Assembly (NCBI GenBank): GCA_051294375.1
Contig: CM119268.1
Location: forward strand, 8,914,806 to 8,978,805
Origin: Paraspadella gotoi
Lineage: Eukaryota > Animalia > Chaetognatha
Length of the DNA stretch: 64,000 bases
Direction: 5' to 3'
Positions within the stretch are counted from its first letter, which is position 1, and the number at the start of each line of letters is the position of its first letter. The notes under the pieces were generated by a model, which did not search any database, had not been told where the DNA came from, and was given only the letters and a program-made list of their open reading frames with translations. Shown in pieces: positions 40,540 to 55,428 of this stretch. The position numbers and the translations under genes are program-made.

Positions 40540-41380
40540 ATAGCTCAGGTCTTTTTTGGTCTAATAATAGTAAAAACATTTCCCAAATGAACGCCGATGC
40601 TGAACCAAGGGGAGGTGAGGGGTTAATTTCCTAAATGATTTAGAATTCTATACCCAAGGATCGAGACGGCTCGGAATGAAAATTCTTCTTCTTAACCATA
40701 GAAAATTTTTAAACTACTTTTCGAATATTAGTATTTGAAAAAAAAAAAAAAGCTTAAAGCCGTTTTTTTTTAAAAAACCGTTGCCGACGTGAGCATTGAC
40801 GTTACTGGGCCCCTAGCGACGGCGAGAGAAGTTTAAATGCGACCGCCTGGGGGCGGAAGCGATTTCGCATCGAATTCCTCGGAGGCGGGGCGCCGCGGCA
40901 TGCCGTGGATGGCGGCTACTGACTGGGGGGGGGAAAGTGGGGGTTGCGGAGGTGGACGAGATGGTGGACGAGTGGAAGAGTGGGTGGGATTGAAAAGTGG
41001 AATTTTTGAGAATACTCAGTGAGAATATTTTGGGAGGAGGATAAGGTATAGTTGCTTGAGCTGTTTGAGAATTAAGTCGGAAAAACCCTTGGACTAGAGG
41101 TTGAGCATTTTAAAATGTTTGAAGACCTATGCTCCATGCCCCATGCCCATGCCCATGCCTATTGTCCGATGCCCATGCCCAATGCCATAGCGTCGATGGT
41201 GCCTTGGCTTCAAGTCATTACAGAACGTGGACAGCTCGAGTGGAACAAGTCGGGGTGAATGAAAGAAAGAAAGAAAGAAAGAAAGAAGAAAAAGAAAGAA
41301 TGGAGAAAGAAAGAAAGAAAGAGAGAAAGAGAGAAAGAAGAAAGAACAGAAACGAAAAAAAGAAAGAAAGAAAAGAGAGA

Positions 41381-41451
<71 letters not shown>

Positions 41452-42183
41452 GACANNNNNNNNNNNNNNNNNNNNNNNNNTAGCTCGGGCTTTTTTGACT
41501 AATAATAGTAAACATTTCCCAAATGACGCGATGCTGAACCAAGAGAGAGGGGAGGGGGTTAATTTCCTAACAAAGATTTAGATTCTATACCCAAGGATCG
41601 AGACGGCCTCGGAGAAAAATTCTTCTTCTTTAACCATAAAAATTTAAACATTTTCGATTTAGTATTTGAAAAAAAAAGAAGCTTAAACCGTTTTTAAAAA
41701 AAACCGTTGCGACTTGAGCATTGACGTACTCGGGGCCCCTAGCGACGGGCGAGAGAAGTTTAATGCGACCCCTGGGGGGCGGAAGCGATTTCGCCTCGAA
41801 TCCTCGGAGGCCGGGGCGCGCGGATGCGTGGATGGCGCTACTGGACTGGGGGGGGGGAGTGGGGGTTGCGGAGGTGGACGAGTGGGTGGACGAGTGGAGA
41901 ATGGGTGGGATTGAAAAGTGGAATTTTTGAGATACTCAGTCGAGATATTTTGGGAGGAGATAAGGTAAGTTGCTTGAGCTTTTGAGAATTAGTTGAAAAA
42001 CTTTGGACTAGAGGTTGAGCATTTTAAAAGTTAGAAGGCCCTATGCTCCATGCCCCATGCCCCATGCCCCATGCTCTAATTGCCCCATGCCCATTGCCCA
42101 ATGCCCATAGCGTCGATGGTGCCTGGCTTCAAGTCATTACAGAACGTGGACAGCTCGAGTGGAACAAGTCGGGGTGAAAATGA

Positions 42184-42200
<17 letters not shown>
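40540..42200 (+). repeat. ~740-bp tandem duplication (40540-41290 vs 41481-42200) across an N gap
   Basis: Collinear, includes (CCCATG)n; copy 2 starts exactly at the gap edge. Confidence 0.9.
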
Positions 42201-42251
<51 letters not shown>

Positions 42252-42260
42252 GAGAAAGAG

Positions 42261-42343
<83 letters not shown>

Positions 42344-43452
42344 AAGAGAGACGTTCATTAAGCCTCGCCCACGCTTTGGAAATTGTCACATTTGATCGTT
42401 TAGTTTCCCGGGAAAAAGAAATTCTCTCGCTGACATAATATAATTTATTTTAATTGTTTGTTTTTGTCAACAAAAAAGAGAAACCCTTAGTTTCTCGCGT
42501 CGAAACCTTTCGGCCAGTTTCTTCTTTCCGCCCAAATATTATGAAGGAAAAGAAAATCGATTCGCGAAAAAAAAAAGAAAAAAAAGAAAAAAAAAGAAAA
42601 GCATCGAATGTTTTTATTATGATTTACACGACTGCGCACATATTTTTTTGCGTCGCGTCGAAAAATTGTTTCTGGGAAAAGCGAAATGGAGAAAAGGANN
42701 NNNNNNNNNNNNNNNNNNNNNNNNNNNNNNNNNNNNNNNNNNNNNNNNNNNNNNNNNNNNNNNNNNNNNNNNNNNNNNNNNNNNNNNNNNNNNNNNNNNN
42801 NNNNNNNNNNNNNNNNNNNNNAGGATCGAGAGATGTCAAAAGGATAACCATGCTTTCGGCAGGGTCAAGGCGGAGACAAGGAAGAGTGAATGGTGATCCT
42901 CCCTCATGGTCTCGGAAGAGGGTCATCCAAATAAAAAATGGGGAGAAGATTGCGTCGGTGCATTTAATAAATTAATATGCTTNNNNNNNNNNNNNNNNNN
43001 NNNNNNNNNNNNNNNNNNNNNNNNNNNNNNNNNNNNNNNNNNNNNNNNNNNNNNNNNNNNNNNNNNNNNNNNNNNNNNNNNNNNNNNNNNNNNNNNNNNN
43101 NNNNNNNNNNNNNNNNNNNNNNNNNNNNNNNNNNNNNNNNNNNNNNNNNNNNNNNNNNNNNNNNNNNNNNNNNNNNNNNNNNNNNNNNNNNNNNNNNNNN
43201 NNNNNNNNAAAAAAAAAAAAAGAAAGAAAATCCTGACGAATCTATTTTCCGGTTTCTGTCAAACCGAAGGATGTTATTCTTTTTTTTTCTTTTACAAGAA
43301 TACATTATGCATTGTACGTGTCGAAAGTTTGCGCTTGATTTCCACGCCTGGTGACGGGAAAGAAAAGCAGACGACGACGACGACGACGACTACGACAGCG
43401 ACGACGATGACCCCGACGTCGAAGAAGACAAAGGGAACCTCGTCGATGACGA

Positions 43453-43483
<31 letters not shown>

Positions 43484-46400
43484 AATGATGATTTTCATCC
43501 AGGAAAACAACGAAGACGACACTCGATGATGACGGTGACGACGATAATAATGACGCCACCTACACCGGGAATAACGCAGTCGCAAAAACAAAAGAGCCGC
43601 GAAAAATTTACGAGTTTTCGAGCGATCGATTCCTGGCGGCGTCGGCGTCTGCGCGGCGGCGGCGGCGGCTGCGGCGGCGGCGGTGAAGGCGAAGAGAGGC
43701 GTCGTTTCTCGCCTCGTCTCTCATTTCGGTTCATCCACCATTTTTTTTTTTTGCTCTTCGTGCCCTTTATGCCTTAGATGCCTTTAATGCCTTCTTTTTT
43801 ATGCGGCATTTATGGCTTTTAATGCCCTTTATTCCTCTTTATGCCTTTCATTCACTCACCTTCTAACTTATGGACTCGAAATTGGCCAAAATTTAGGGGC
43901 GGGTCGAGCGACCGGAATATTTTATCGATTATTTTCCGTCTATTTTTACCGAGGCGTAACTCATTTGACTGATATAATTATTTTCATGAGGCGTATAAAC
44001 TTTCCTCTCAAACATTCGCCAATCCGCTTGGATTTTATTATCTACAAATTTTGGCCTTTAATTCACTCTTCCTACCTTTAAAAAAAATGGTTAGCTAAAG
44101 AATTTTTTAAATTATTCTTAATAATTTTAAATAAAAAAGATAGAATTAGATTGTTCTCGACCCAAACAAAAACCATCTCGAGTTTCCTTCCCATTTACTT
44201 NNNNNNNNNNNNNNNNNNNNNNNNNNNNNNNNNNNNNNNNNNNNNNNNNNNNNNNNNNNNNNNNNNNNNNNNNNNNNNNNNNNNNNNNNNNNNNNNNNNN
44301 NNNNNNNNNNNNNNNNNNNNNNNNNNNNNNNNNNNNNNNNNNNNNNNNNNNNNNCTATCTCTCTACACATTTTCTCTCTTTATCTGCATCGTTAAATTTT
44401 ATTTCTATTTTCCCTCTTTCTCTCTCTCTCTCTCTCGCTCTCCATCTTTCGCAAAGATTATGACAACCACTTTCCCTTTTTTTTCTCTCTCCACTGTCTC
44501 CATCATTTACCCTTTTTCTGTCGGATTACATTACGTTAAGATCTTCGCCTTCTTTTTTCAAAAAAAGATCTTTTTATTTTATTTAACTATATAGTTCTTT
44601 CCATTTTGTATAGCGAGAATTTCCTTTTAGTATCTTTTTGCGGTCGGTGATTCCTTTTCTTCATTACCGTCGCCATCTTGGATGCGTAATAGTTTATAAT
44701 TTTTAACTGAACGTTTATTATAATTATATGTAGTAGCTTTTCTTTACTCTTATTTTCGTTATATTTCTCTCTCATTGAGACTCCGGTATCCGTTTACCAA
44801 TTTCACATTAACAACTTTTTCACTGATTTTAAAATATATTTTTCGACAGTTTCTATATTTACACTTTTTAGTCTCTTTCTCTAAAACCATCTTTTCCTCT
44901 CTTCCTAGAATTCCAACGATTTTCCTTTTCTAATTTCTTCCTCATATAAATGTGGTTTCTCTCTCTTCCTCCCTCATCTCATCTCTCTTCAATCAATAAA
45001 GAGAGCTGGAAGTCGAAATAATAATAGCACTCCCAAACCTCTCTCACCTTCCTCTCGTTTCTCTTTAAAGCATACAAACATCACAATCAAAAGAAATCAA
45101 ATCTACAAAAGCTCTCTCAAATCTGCTACTCCTAAACCCCGGCATCGCGTCTTTTTAAAATCAGATTTTTCTCTCTCTTAAACGTATATTTTATCCTCAC
45201 GCTTTTTCTTCACATCCTCTTCTCCGTTGATCGCGAGGATCCGCAGATTTCTTTCCTTTTCGATCACCGCTTGTCTTTCTTTCTCGGATTCGTGGTCACC
45301 CACGTCCCTATCTCTCCTCTCTCTCGCCTTGCCTCATCGCTCTCGCCGCGCGCTTTCTCTCCACCTCATCTCTCCGCTGTGGGCTCGATGGGCTGATGCT
45401 CAACATACATGCGAAAGAAAAAAAAATTGGGTTACGAACCATCAGTCTTCGATCGAGCACGTCAACATCTTGTAATATTTTTTTAATAAAATGTTAATCG
45501 ATTCGTATTATTTAATCTGTCAAAACTGTTTGATATGTTATATAGCTCATTTGAAGGCCCCGAGCCAGTATCCTTTGACTATTGAAGAAAAAAAATACTG
45601 TTCAAACCGGACTTTTCTTTACTAATTTTTTTTAAAGTTTTTTATCCTACGCATAAGTTTAAGAAAGGTTTTTAAATAATTAATCGTCATCATAAAACTT
45701 AACTAAAAATCCAATGCAAGAGACGGCAATGATGGCAAATTCTAATTATTTTAATATTCAAAGAGCAACCAACGAAAAGTCTTTGAGAGCATGAGTTTCA
45801 TCAAAGACTGCAATCGGAAAATCGGAAATGAAGAAGAACAAGTCGCGCCCTGCTCTCCTGTGATTCCTGTTGATCTGTTCGGCGGATTCCTTGCAGTCCC
45901 GAAATCCGCAGTTTTTACCAAATCTTCATTTATTCAATTAGTTCGCCGATTGTCGTCGGCTCGTTTCTTTCTTTCTTCTCATCTTTCTTCTTTTTCTTTC
46001 TTTCTTTCGTTCTTTTTCTTCTCCACCTTATTCTTTTCTTTGTGCCCTTTTGTCTTCTTTACTTGCTTTTTTTTTCTTCTTCTTTTCAAATCTCTTTTTT
46101 TTCTTCTCTCTATCCCTCTTTTTGATTTTTTTTCTCTTCTTTCCTTATTTTTTTTTCCTTTTTTTCTATCTGTCTTCTTTCCTCTTTTGCCTTTTCCTAT
46201 CTTCTCTTTCTCTCTCTTCTTTTCTTTCTCTTAGTTCTTTTTCCTTTTTTTTTTTCTCTTCCCTTTTTCCTTCTTTTTTTTGTTCTGTATTCTTTCTTTC
46301 TTTCATTTCTTCACTTCCTATCTGTCTCTTTCCTCTTCCTTCTGCTCTCTTATTTCATAGTTCTCTTCTCCTCTCTCTCTCCTTTTCCTCACGGTTTTAC

Positions 46401-46659
46401 CCTTTTCCTTATGTTNNNNNNNNNNNNNNNNNNNNNNNNNCCATCTCTGCCCCGTTAAATTTTATTTTTATTTTCCTTCTTTCCATCTTTTGCGAAGGGA
46501 TTATGACAATCACTCTCGGCTTCGAGGAAAGACGAGGCGCATGGGCGGGAGGAGAAGGAGGAATATGCAAATGAGCCTCGAGAATTGGACTATTCTTGCG
46601 GACGGCTGATGGAGCGAGACGGGAGAGGAAAGAGAGAGAGAGAAGAGAGGAGAGAGAGG

Positions 46660-46690
<31 letters not shown>

Positions 46691-49600
46691 GAGTGAGAGA
46701 GAAACTGTTTAGCGGAGAGGCCGAGAGCGCCCGGCTGCAAGAGATAGAGACGAGACATCTTTCTGGGAACAGGAATACGACCGAGATGACGGAGGGCGCC
46801 CAGGGTGGGAAGAGACAATGAGACATACGTTTGTAAGCTCTGTTTTCTCGGAGCCGAGTGGGAGGGAGAGGGGTGACGGGGACGAGAGAGAGAGTAGAGA
46901 GAGAGAGAGAAGAGAGATGAGGTGGTTTTAGACGAGGAGAGTAGATGAGGAGAGAGAAGAGAGAGGAGAGAGAACATTTTTGGAAGAGAATTCCGCTCAA
47001 TCTATCTTTCCTTTCTTATGTATTTTCTTTATCTCCTTGCTCTAATGTCTAATGTCTTTCTTTCTCTTCATCTCTTCTCTCTATTCTCTTTTATTTCTTT
47101 CTCTATTCCCTCTCTCTCGCCTCATCTTTTCGTCTTCTCTCTCTGTCTCGACTTCTCTTCGACTCTTTCTCGCTTCATCTCTCTATCTCTTATTTCTAAT
47201 GTCTCACTCTCTCTTTTCTCTCTATCTCGCTCCTTCTCTCTTTCTTTTTCATTCACTCCAGAGTTGAAGGACGACGTGAGGTTTTTGAATTTTTTTTCAC
47301 GCTCCCCCCCTTTCTCTCTCTCTCTCTTTCTCATTCTCTCATTCTCTGTTTGTCAACCTCNNNNNNNNNNTTTTCTTTCTCAATCTTTCTTTTCTTTTCG
47401 TTTCCTTTCTTTTTTATTATACTTCTCCATTCTCATCTCTCTTCCTCTCTGTCTCTTTTCCCGGGATAAGGATGAATTCTCACTCAATTTTTTTCTTCTC
47501 CTTCCAACAAAATGTCCCGCCCACCCCCCCCACCCCTCCAAAAAATTAGTCTCCGCGAACAATGGGCGGGACAAACCTTTCACTCCCCCATGCAGCCAAT
47601 TTCAGGTACCCCCCCGGCCCACCCACCACACGAAAGTAACACACGTTATTAGAATCGTAAAATCCTTATGTCTCTAAACTCCTCCCCCACTCTCTCCCTA
47701 ACCTCCTTTCTCCCCACAGCCATTTTGACCCTACTCCCCTCCTCCGTTATACATGTCAAGTACCTATAAATTCTTATTTTCCCATTCATATTGTCTCAGT
47801 TTAAATCAAACTCATTTAGCGCAAATTCAAACAAAAAATACCTTTAAATCCAAATGTAATAAGAAAATATCAGAGCCCTATTTCAAGATGGCAGAAAGCC
47901 ACTATCTAAATTTTATAACTTTACTATGACTCGCACCCACTCTATAAAACACTCATCGTTAACTTACTCCAATAACTTATTATTTAAAAAAAAAACTACT
48001 CAAGACCCGTCAGTAGTTCTTTATTTACAAAAACCAAGCGTGACGCCCACGACCACGACGACGACCGACGTCACAAAGAAGCTGACCCGAATCAATATCG
48101 CAGCCTGAAACCGGCCTTCGCCGGTCATGGCTCGATAAAATCCGAAATTTTAAAAAAAACACGGCTAAAACAAGATTCCGAAATCTTTTTGTTTAACTCG
48201 ATTTTTTTAGAGATTTAAACTCAGCGAAATTGCTCACGACCGAATAAAATCCTGTCAGAGCCCAGCTGAATAATTGTTGCAGTCAACAAACAGGTTTTTT
48301 GAAAAAAAAAGAAAATAGAGCCAATCTTCCCGACTTTTGTATTCTTTCTTAATGCGACATATTTTCAAGGGCGCTTTTTTTACAGGAATCCAATTGCCAT
48401 TAGTTTAACTGAAAAAAACCTTTTTTTTAAACAGGCAAAAAACCGGCACCTTCTACTATAAACAATACTAAAATTTTTAAGCCCGCAGCTGCAATGCACA
48501 ATTTTTCTATTTTCCTGTAATCTTTCCTCGACGCCCCAGTAATCTGGAGTCTTAAGTAATTTGACTAATAAGGTCCAATTGTCATTGACCGAATTTGACA
48601 TAACCCGAGATGCCGCCAACAGAGACACACCGTCTCTTACACTGCCCATGTCGAAAGCAAAGACATTTTCGTTGGAGATTGCATTGCGTGTGAGGCAATT
48701 ACCGTCCATGGTCTATGAATATGATCAAGATTGCACTCTGGCCGCCTAAAACAAAAAAAAACCCTCACGACGAATACAAATGTGCGATGGAAGTCTTACC
48801 GCAATTATTTGTGAAAAGCTTTTTTAAAGTTGAAGAATTTAATGAGGTGTGTTGCAAAACAAACAAAATTTTGCACAAAGCGGCAGACAAGATTTCCGCA
48901 ATCTGAGAAAGCACCAGCACTATTTTCTTTTTGAGCTTCTGTTTCAAAGATTCATTATTGAACCCAAAAAACAACAACAACTTGTCGCCAACCAACTATC
49001 GAGCGCAAGAAGAAGTAAAAATGAAAACCATTCTACCAAAATCGAAATCCCGTATGAGCTAAGCAAGACACGTCGAGAGCGAAAAAGTATAAATTTTGTC
49101 AGACTATTCTCCACAACAATACGCTATTCTAACTAACGTCTATTCGTCTTTCTCTCGTACACCTATTCCCTTCTCTTCCCAAACTTCTAATTTAAAGCAA
49201 AAATGCTGCGGACGTTAAATTCAACAGACTCAAAGAGAGGATGCCTTTTTGCCCGAAGGAGGTAAGACACTTATTCGTCTAATCTTTAATCTAGGTTAAA
49301 TAAAATATTATTACTAACCGGGCAACTCTCACGAGTACCTCTCTCACGGAGAGGATACACTTGATAAAGCGATAGCCCCTTTTTGTTAGTAATCCGGATC
49401 CGGGACGACAGGCCTTGCAACCTGAGGCGATATTCACCGGCCACAAGTTCTTCACTCTTTTTTTGGCTACATGTTGTACAGTTCACTATTTGTTCTATAT
49501 AAGACTTATGCTTTAGCCTCGTACTCGGCTCCATATTTGTAGCTATCTAGTCAGACACGTGAAGTAGGGAATATTGTGATCACGAAAATTTTTTGACTTT

Positions 49601-51808
49601 CACGCACCTAACTAAGCATTGCGCGAGAGTGACGGAAAAAATTATATGAACTGAGCGCCTAGCTCAAGAGTTGTAAATTTATTCCAGAGGCCAAATCCAA
49701 TGAATACAAAATACAACCACTGGATACTTCACATGTATTGAGACAGACTCAATTAGATTTTTTAAATGTGCATAGATAAAAATTTATCTGGAAGAGCATG
49801 ATTGAAGTGTGGGTGATGACAAGAATAAGAGAGAGTGTATATCATATATTCAAGGAAATTTATAATCATTAAAAACATTTAAATTTATTTCTACCAACAA
49901 AGGTGGTTCGAATCGCCCAGTAGGTTGTCGAGGCAAAGTGCGCAACTATAAACCTTTTTGGGTGACAGAGGAGGAGAAGGTGGCACACTCCAGCTTGATT
50001 TATTGACAATAATTCTAGCAAGCTGACAACGCAATGACAAGAAGGATCGATTGTCGTGATGAACCAAAAAGAGAATTGGAATTAGGTCAAGGATGGAACG
50101 AGTTGTTCCAACTGCACCTATCATTAGCCCTTGTCCTCCCTGCCGCAAAAACAGAAGAAAGCAGGAGTTTGGCACTTTTTGGTGAAAACTATTGTCCAAT
50201 TTTAAAGAATAAAGTGAGGATTAACGCACAAGAGAAAAGTGAACTTGAGTGAAAACATAGGATAGGAGCATCTCCTGAGATACTTAAAAGTTTGATCGTA
50301 TAATGTAAGTATTTACAAGAAAAAAAAACAGCTCCAAGAAGTGGGTATACAGTCCTTGAAGCCATCCTGAGGGTTCCAATCTGTAACATATTAATATGAT
50401 TTATGGTAATGTGAATAATCCAGTTTCAAACTGAAAGAGGCAGGAAACCGCAATTGTTTATCGAGGAAATATTTGATTTTTGTAGATGACGAATAAACAG
50501 ACTGGCTTATTGGACAAGGTTGATTGCTCATAAGCATAATGGAGATTTTTTTTCTCTAGCGAGGAGTAGCGACCATAATTTTTTTCTACCTTTTCGCAAA
50601 CCATGTATGCGGAGAAAGTTGTTCAATTATTGCAATATTAATTATTATATTTCTTAGGCTGACGGGTGAATAAGAAATTATGGGAATTCATACTACGGAT
50701 GACTGCGCCAATAAATCTAATAGTAAAGTTTGAAACTACGGGAGGTTGTCCTCCCTTTTGATATTATTGATTATACTAATAAAATAATAAAATCTATCCA
50801 AAGACTCTTGTCCCTACTCACCGTCTACTCTCTCCACTCCATTTTCTCNNNNNNNNNNNNNNNNNNNNNNNNNCAACACTTTTTTTTTCTTTCAAGTTTT
50901 TTTTCCCTCTCATTTTCTCTTTTTCTTGTTTTCTTTCTTTCCATCTTTGAAGGGAATCCGTGACGTGTTTAGCCCACTCTCACTCACAAACGCAAAATAA
51001 CTCACTTCGAACTTCTTTGGCGCCTTACCTCCAAACTTATCTCAGCATATTTTTATCTTTTACCTTCCACCGAAGCCTTCGGCGACCGGTCCAAAACCTT
51101 TCGGACGGAGTCTCTCTCTCTCTCTCTCTTTTCTCTCTCCTCTCTTTTCTCTCTCTATTCTCTCTCTCCATCTCTCTTCTCTCTCTTCTTCTACTCCTTA
51201 ACAGTCCTCTACTCTCTCGTCTCTCTCTCTCTCTCTTTCTCTCCTTTCTCTCTTTCTTTTTCACACTTTCTCCCTCATATAAACCATTAATTTCAATTTT
51301 TTCTATTTTTACTCTGACGACAAAATTTTAATCTTTTTTTCTCTCTAAGAAAAATAACTTTTTTCCTGTCGAGTTCTATTTTTTTTTGTGAACGAAAGCT
51401 TACAACAAGAATGTTCAATTTGCTTTTACAATTTAATGTATTTTTTTTCTTTAAATACTTTTACATAGAAACCTAATTAAGTAAACAAGCAAAAAATCCA
51501 ACTATTAAAAAAAATAAATCATATAAGTCATATCGTTTTCCTTAGGACTTTAATTGAAAAAACCAATCAAGTATAGAAACCAGAAATGGATATAAAATTG
51601 ATATAACTTTCAAAATTTGTTCATATCATTTATTTCAATTTAAAAATCGTTTTAGATTTGTCTTGACGTGAAATATCGAAAAAAAGAAAAATGAAAAATA
51701 CTCGATTATTCGCTTCACAGATAAAAGCGTCTGATGGAATTTGTTTTCGCGATGGAAAAATATTTTCTCGTTCGGAAAAAGTGACAGTGAAATTCTCCAA
51801 TTCACGCG

Positions 51809-51906
<98 letters not shown>

Positions 51907-52969
51907 AGATAAACATGTGACAAAGCAAAAAAAGAAAAAAGATTCCCCAAATTCTTCGATTTGGTTAAGTCTCTTCAATTTTAATTGAAAAAAAAAAATT
52001 CGGATTTTCTTTTCTTTTGTTCAGCTGCGTCATCTTTTTTGGTTGTTGTTGTCGTTGTTGCTGTCGTTGTTGTCGTCGTTGAACTGATTTCTAAGCAACG
52101 CGTGAAAATCGCCTTTCTTTTCTTTTTTTTTTCTTTTTTTCGTCCCTCAGACTCGAATGAAAAGAAAACTAATGGAACGAAAGAAAATAAATCGTTACGT
52201 TTACACGAGGAAAACTTGATCGTCGCAAATTTATTGGCAATCGTCGTCGTGGTCGTCGTGGTCGTCGTGGTCGTCGTCCTTTCCTTTCCGTTGTTTCGTC
52301 GTCTCTGTCCCTAGCTGAAAATCACGAATTAAAAGTTTATTTGTGGTGTTGTTGTTTTTTTCGTTTAAATTACCAGAAAATTGTTTTTCTTTTCATTTTT
52401 TTTCTCTTAATCTTTTTTGAAATTTATGTTTTATATTATATGTTGAATTTTAATATAACCGAACGATTCGGCCCAAGGGTTTTCGCCAGTACGACCTCAG
52501 AAAGGAAATTTTCAACGACAGGGGTTCAACCGCTAACTTTTCTTTTTTTACGAGACATAAATAATATTTAAAGTGGGTCACCGAAAAAAGCAAAAAAATA
52601 TCTATCAAGGATGTTGCCATGGTTTATCCGTACAGAAGTTGATCCATTTGATCAAATTTCAGTTTAGTTTAGTAATCTCATATCTGATAATAAGCATATC
52701 CCTTCATCTATATATATTTATATAGTAAACTATTAACAGATTGACAAAACAACCAACAGACGAAAAAGTGTTACTTACTAAGAAGCAGTCAACGTTCAAC
52801 CGTAAGGCCTGACAAGAAAGAAAAAAAATGGAAAGATAAAGAAAAAAATCCTAGAGGAAATTGCTCTCTGTCTCGGCCCCTGGGCAGAGAGCCAGGACAC
52901 GATTAAACTTGTAGAAAATGGGGAGAACGGGGAATAGATAGGGAAAAAGAGGAATAAAGAAAGGAAAAA

Positions 52970-53380
52970 GAGAAGTACAAAAGATAGGGAATAGAGTACA
53001 AAAGAGAAGTACAAAACAGGGAGAGAAGAGGATTACAACAGAATCGGAGAAGAGAAGTACAACAGAGAGCCAAAAGAGAGGTATATAAGAGAGGGAAAAG
53101 AAGAGTACAAAAGAGAGGGAAAAGAGAAGGACAAAAGAGAGGAAAAAGAGAAGTACAAAAGAGAGGGAAAAGAGAAGGACAAAAGAGCGGAAAAAGAGTA
53201 GTACAAAAGAGAGGGAAAAGAGAAGTACAAAAGAGAGGGAAAAGAGATGTACAAAAGAGAGGGAAAAGAGAAGGACAAAATAGAGGAAAAAGAGTAGTAC
53301 AAAAGAAATGGTAAAGAGTAGTACAAAAGAGAGGGGAAAGAGAAGTACAAAAGAGAGGGAAAAGAGAAGTACAAAAGATA
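52970..53380 (+). repeat. 24-bp minisatellite (gtacaaaagagagggaaaagagaa), ~17 copies
   Basis: Direct reading; produces the repeating LFPLFCTS pseudo-ORF. Confidence 0.92.
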
Positions 53381-53589
53381 TGGGGGAAAAAGAAAAAAAA
53401 AGATAATAAAAAAAAAAATATCAATGGTTGAAAGAAAGAAGACATTTTTCGCACAATGGAAAACCATCCATTCATCGATCGGAATCGGGGAAAAATACTG
53501 TGGTGAAGCAGGAGGAGGGGAGGAAGAGCAGGAGGGGAAGAAGAAGAAAGGTAGGGATATTAACTTGGGGGGGGGAATGATAGTGAAAG

Positions 53590-53897
53590 ACAAGAAAGGT
53601 AATTCAAATGTGTTGCGCCTCTGTAACTTTTTTTATGTGTATTTATGACATGCATTGCATCAGAATCTTGTCTTTTATTCTTTAATGTTTTTGGATTTCC
53701 TGAAGGCGGCGCTAGCTGTCACTTAGATTTTAGGTTTTTTCCTGTCTTAACAAATGAGCAATCAACTATAGGAGAATTATTTATATTTTTGACGTATGAG
53801 GGACAGACCGATCGATAGATCGACAGACAGACCGACCGACAGACCGACCGAAAAGTGGCTTATAGAGTTGCTCCGCTCGTATTCGCGGCGCAACTAA
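53590..53897 (+). mobile_element. HINE/DINE-1-like element, copy 2
   Basis: Shared core tatttatgacatgca...ctgaaggcggcgct...ctgtcttaacaaat; sub-terminal inverted pair gttgcgcctc / gcggcgcaac. Confidence 0.65.
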
Positions 53898-54350
53898 TCA
53901 AAGAGAGATAGAATGGCAAATGGATTTAAAAGATGATCATAAGTGAGATGGTAGAAAGAAGAGGTGGTGAGTGGCATGAGAATAAGATGGCGAAATGCCA
54001 TAAAGGTTGCGGGAAAAAAAAAGATTAGACAAAAAGCCAGTAAGAAATGCTGATGCAAAAAAGTTCATCTTGGAGAGAAAAAAGGAACAATTAGATAGAA
54101 AATGTTCTTCTTTTGCACAAAAAACTCGCGGTCGTAATATTGACTTGCCCGATTGCATAAAGGATAATAAGATACGGAGATGAGCGGAACATCCGGGGAT
54201 GTCATTCGACTTTGATTTATACGTGTTTTTTGCCTTTTCTTTTTTTTGGATTCTTAGTGAAAAATAAAGATAAGATTGTAATAATAAAAGAAATTTCATT
54301 TATTTTTTTTAACCGAGCGAAGTTAAACAAGGAGAAAACAAAAGAATAGA

Positions 54351-54443
<93 letters not shown>

Positions 54444-54588
54444 ACGAGGGAGGTATTCATAGCAATGCCTACTGTTAGGGAAATAAAGCAAAATGAATTT
54501 AGTTTGATATCGTCTTACGTCGACGTGACCTGGGCATTAACCGAATGTGCCGTTGCCTTCGAATCCATCATTGCTTCCCATGGCTCGA

Positions 54589-54708
<120 letters not shown>

Positions 54709-55219
54709 TAAAATGAAAGAAAGAAGGAGAGTCATTCAGTCCAGTTCCTCGTGATAAGGTTATCAATCTATTTCCGCTCCTTTCGGCTCAGAGAGTCACC
54801 TCGACTCTTACTTACCAGAAAATTGACCGACTGAACTCACCTTTTTATAGTGATATTGTTCCGGTTTTCTCTCATCATTAAGACTCGCGGTTAACGAGAA
54901 GAAATATTCGTATGCTATTAAATTTGAAAGACTAATACTAAACTTGGTCGGATGACGATATTCTATTGTAGCTTTCTTGGGTTTCTTATAAATTGTAACT
55001 TGCCAAAACTTCAGTCCTTCTTGCCAGTCGATCGAGATATCCTAAACATTCCCCTACCCATCCGCCACCATCATCAGCCGATCAGAATTGCCCCTCCACT
55101 TTCGCGTTATGCTTTTTATATCTCGGAGGGTGGAGAAAGAAAAGATAGGAGTGGAAAAGAGAAGACCGAAAGAGAAGAGCGAAAGAGAGATGAGCGAAAG
55201 ACGGAGGGAAAAACGTTGA

Positions 55220-55428
55220 AGAGCATAAAGAATGAGGAGCTAAAGAGAGGAGCAAAAAGAAAGAAAAGATAAATGACAAAACAGTGAGGAGCATAAAGAG
55301 TGAGGAGCTAAAGAGAGGAGCAAAAAGAAAGAGAAGAGAAATGACAAAACAGTAAGGAACATAAAGAGAGAGGAGCTAAAGAGAGGAGCAAAAAGAAAGA
55401 GAAGAGAAATGACGAAACAGTGAGGAGT
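55220..55428 (+). repeat. ~67-bp tandem repeat, 3 copies
   Basis: gaggagctaaagagaggagcaaaaagaaag x3. Confidence 0.88.

Noticed and set aside
52903-53593. Repetitive LFPLFCTS / FPSLLY proteins
   Set aside because: Translation of a 24-bp tandem repeat
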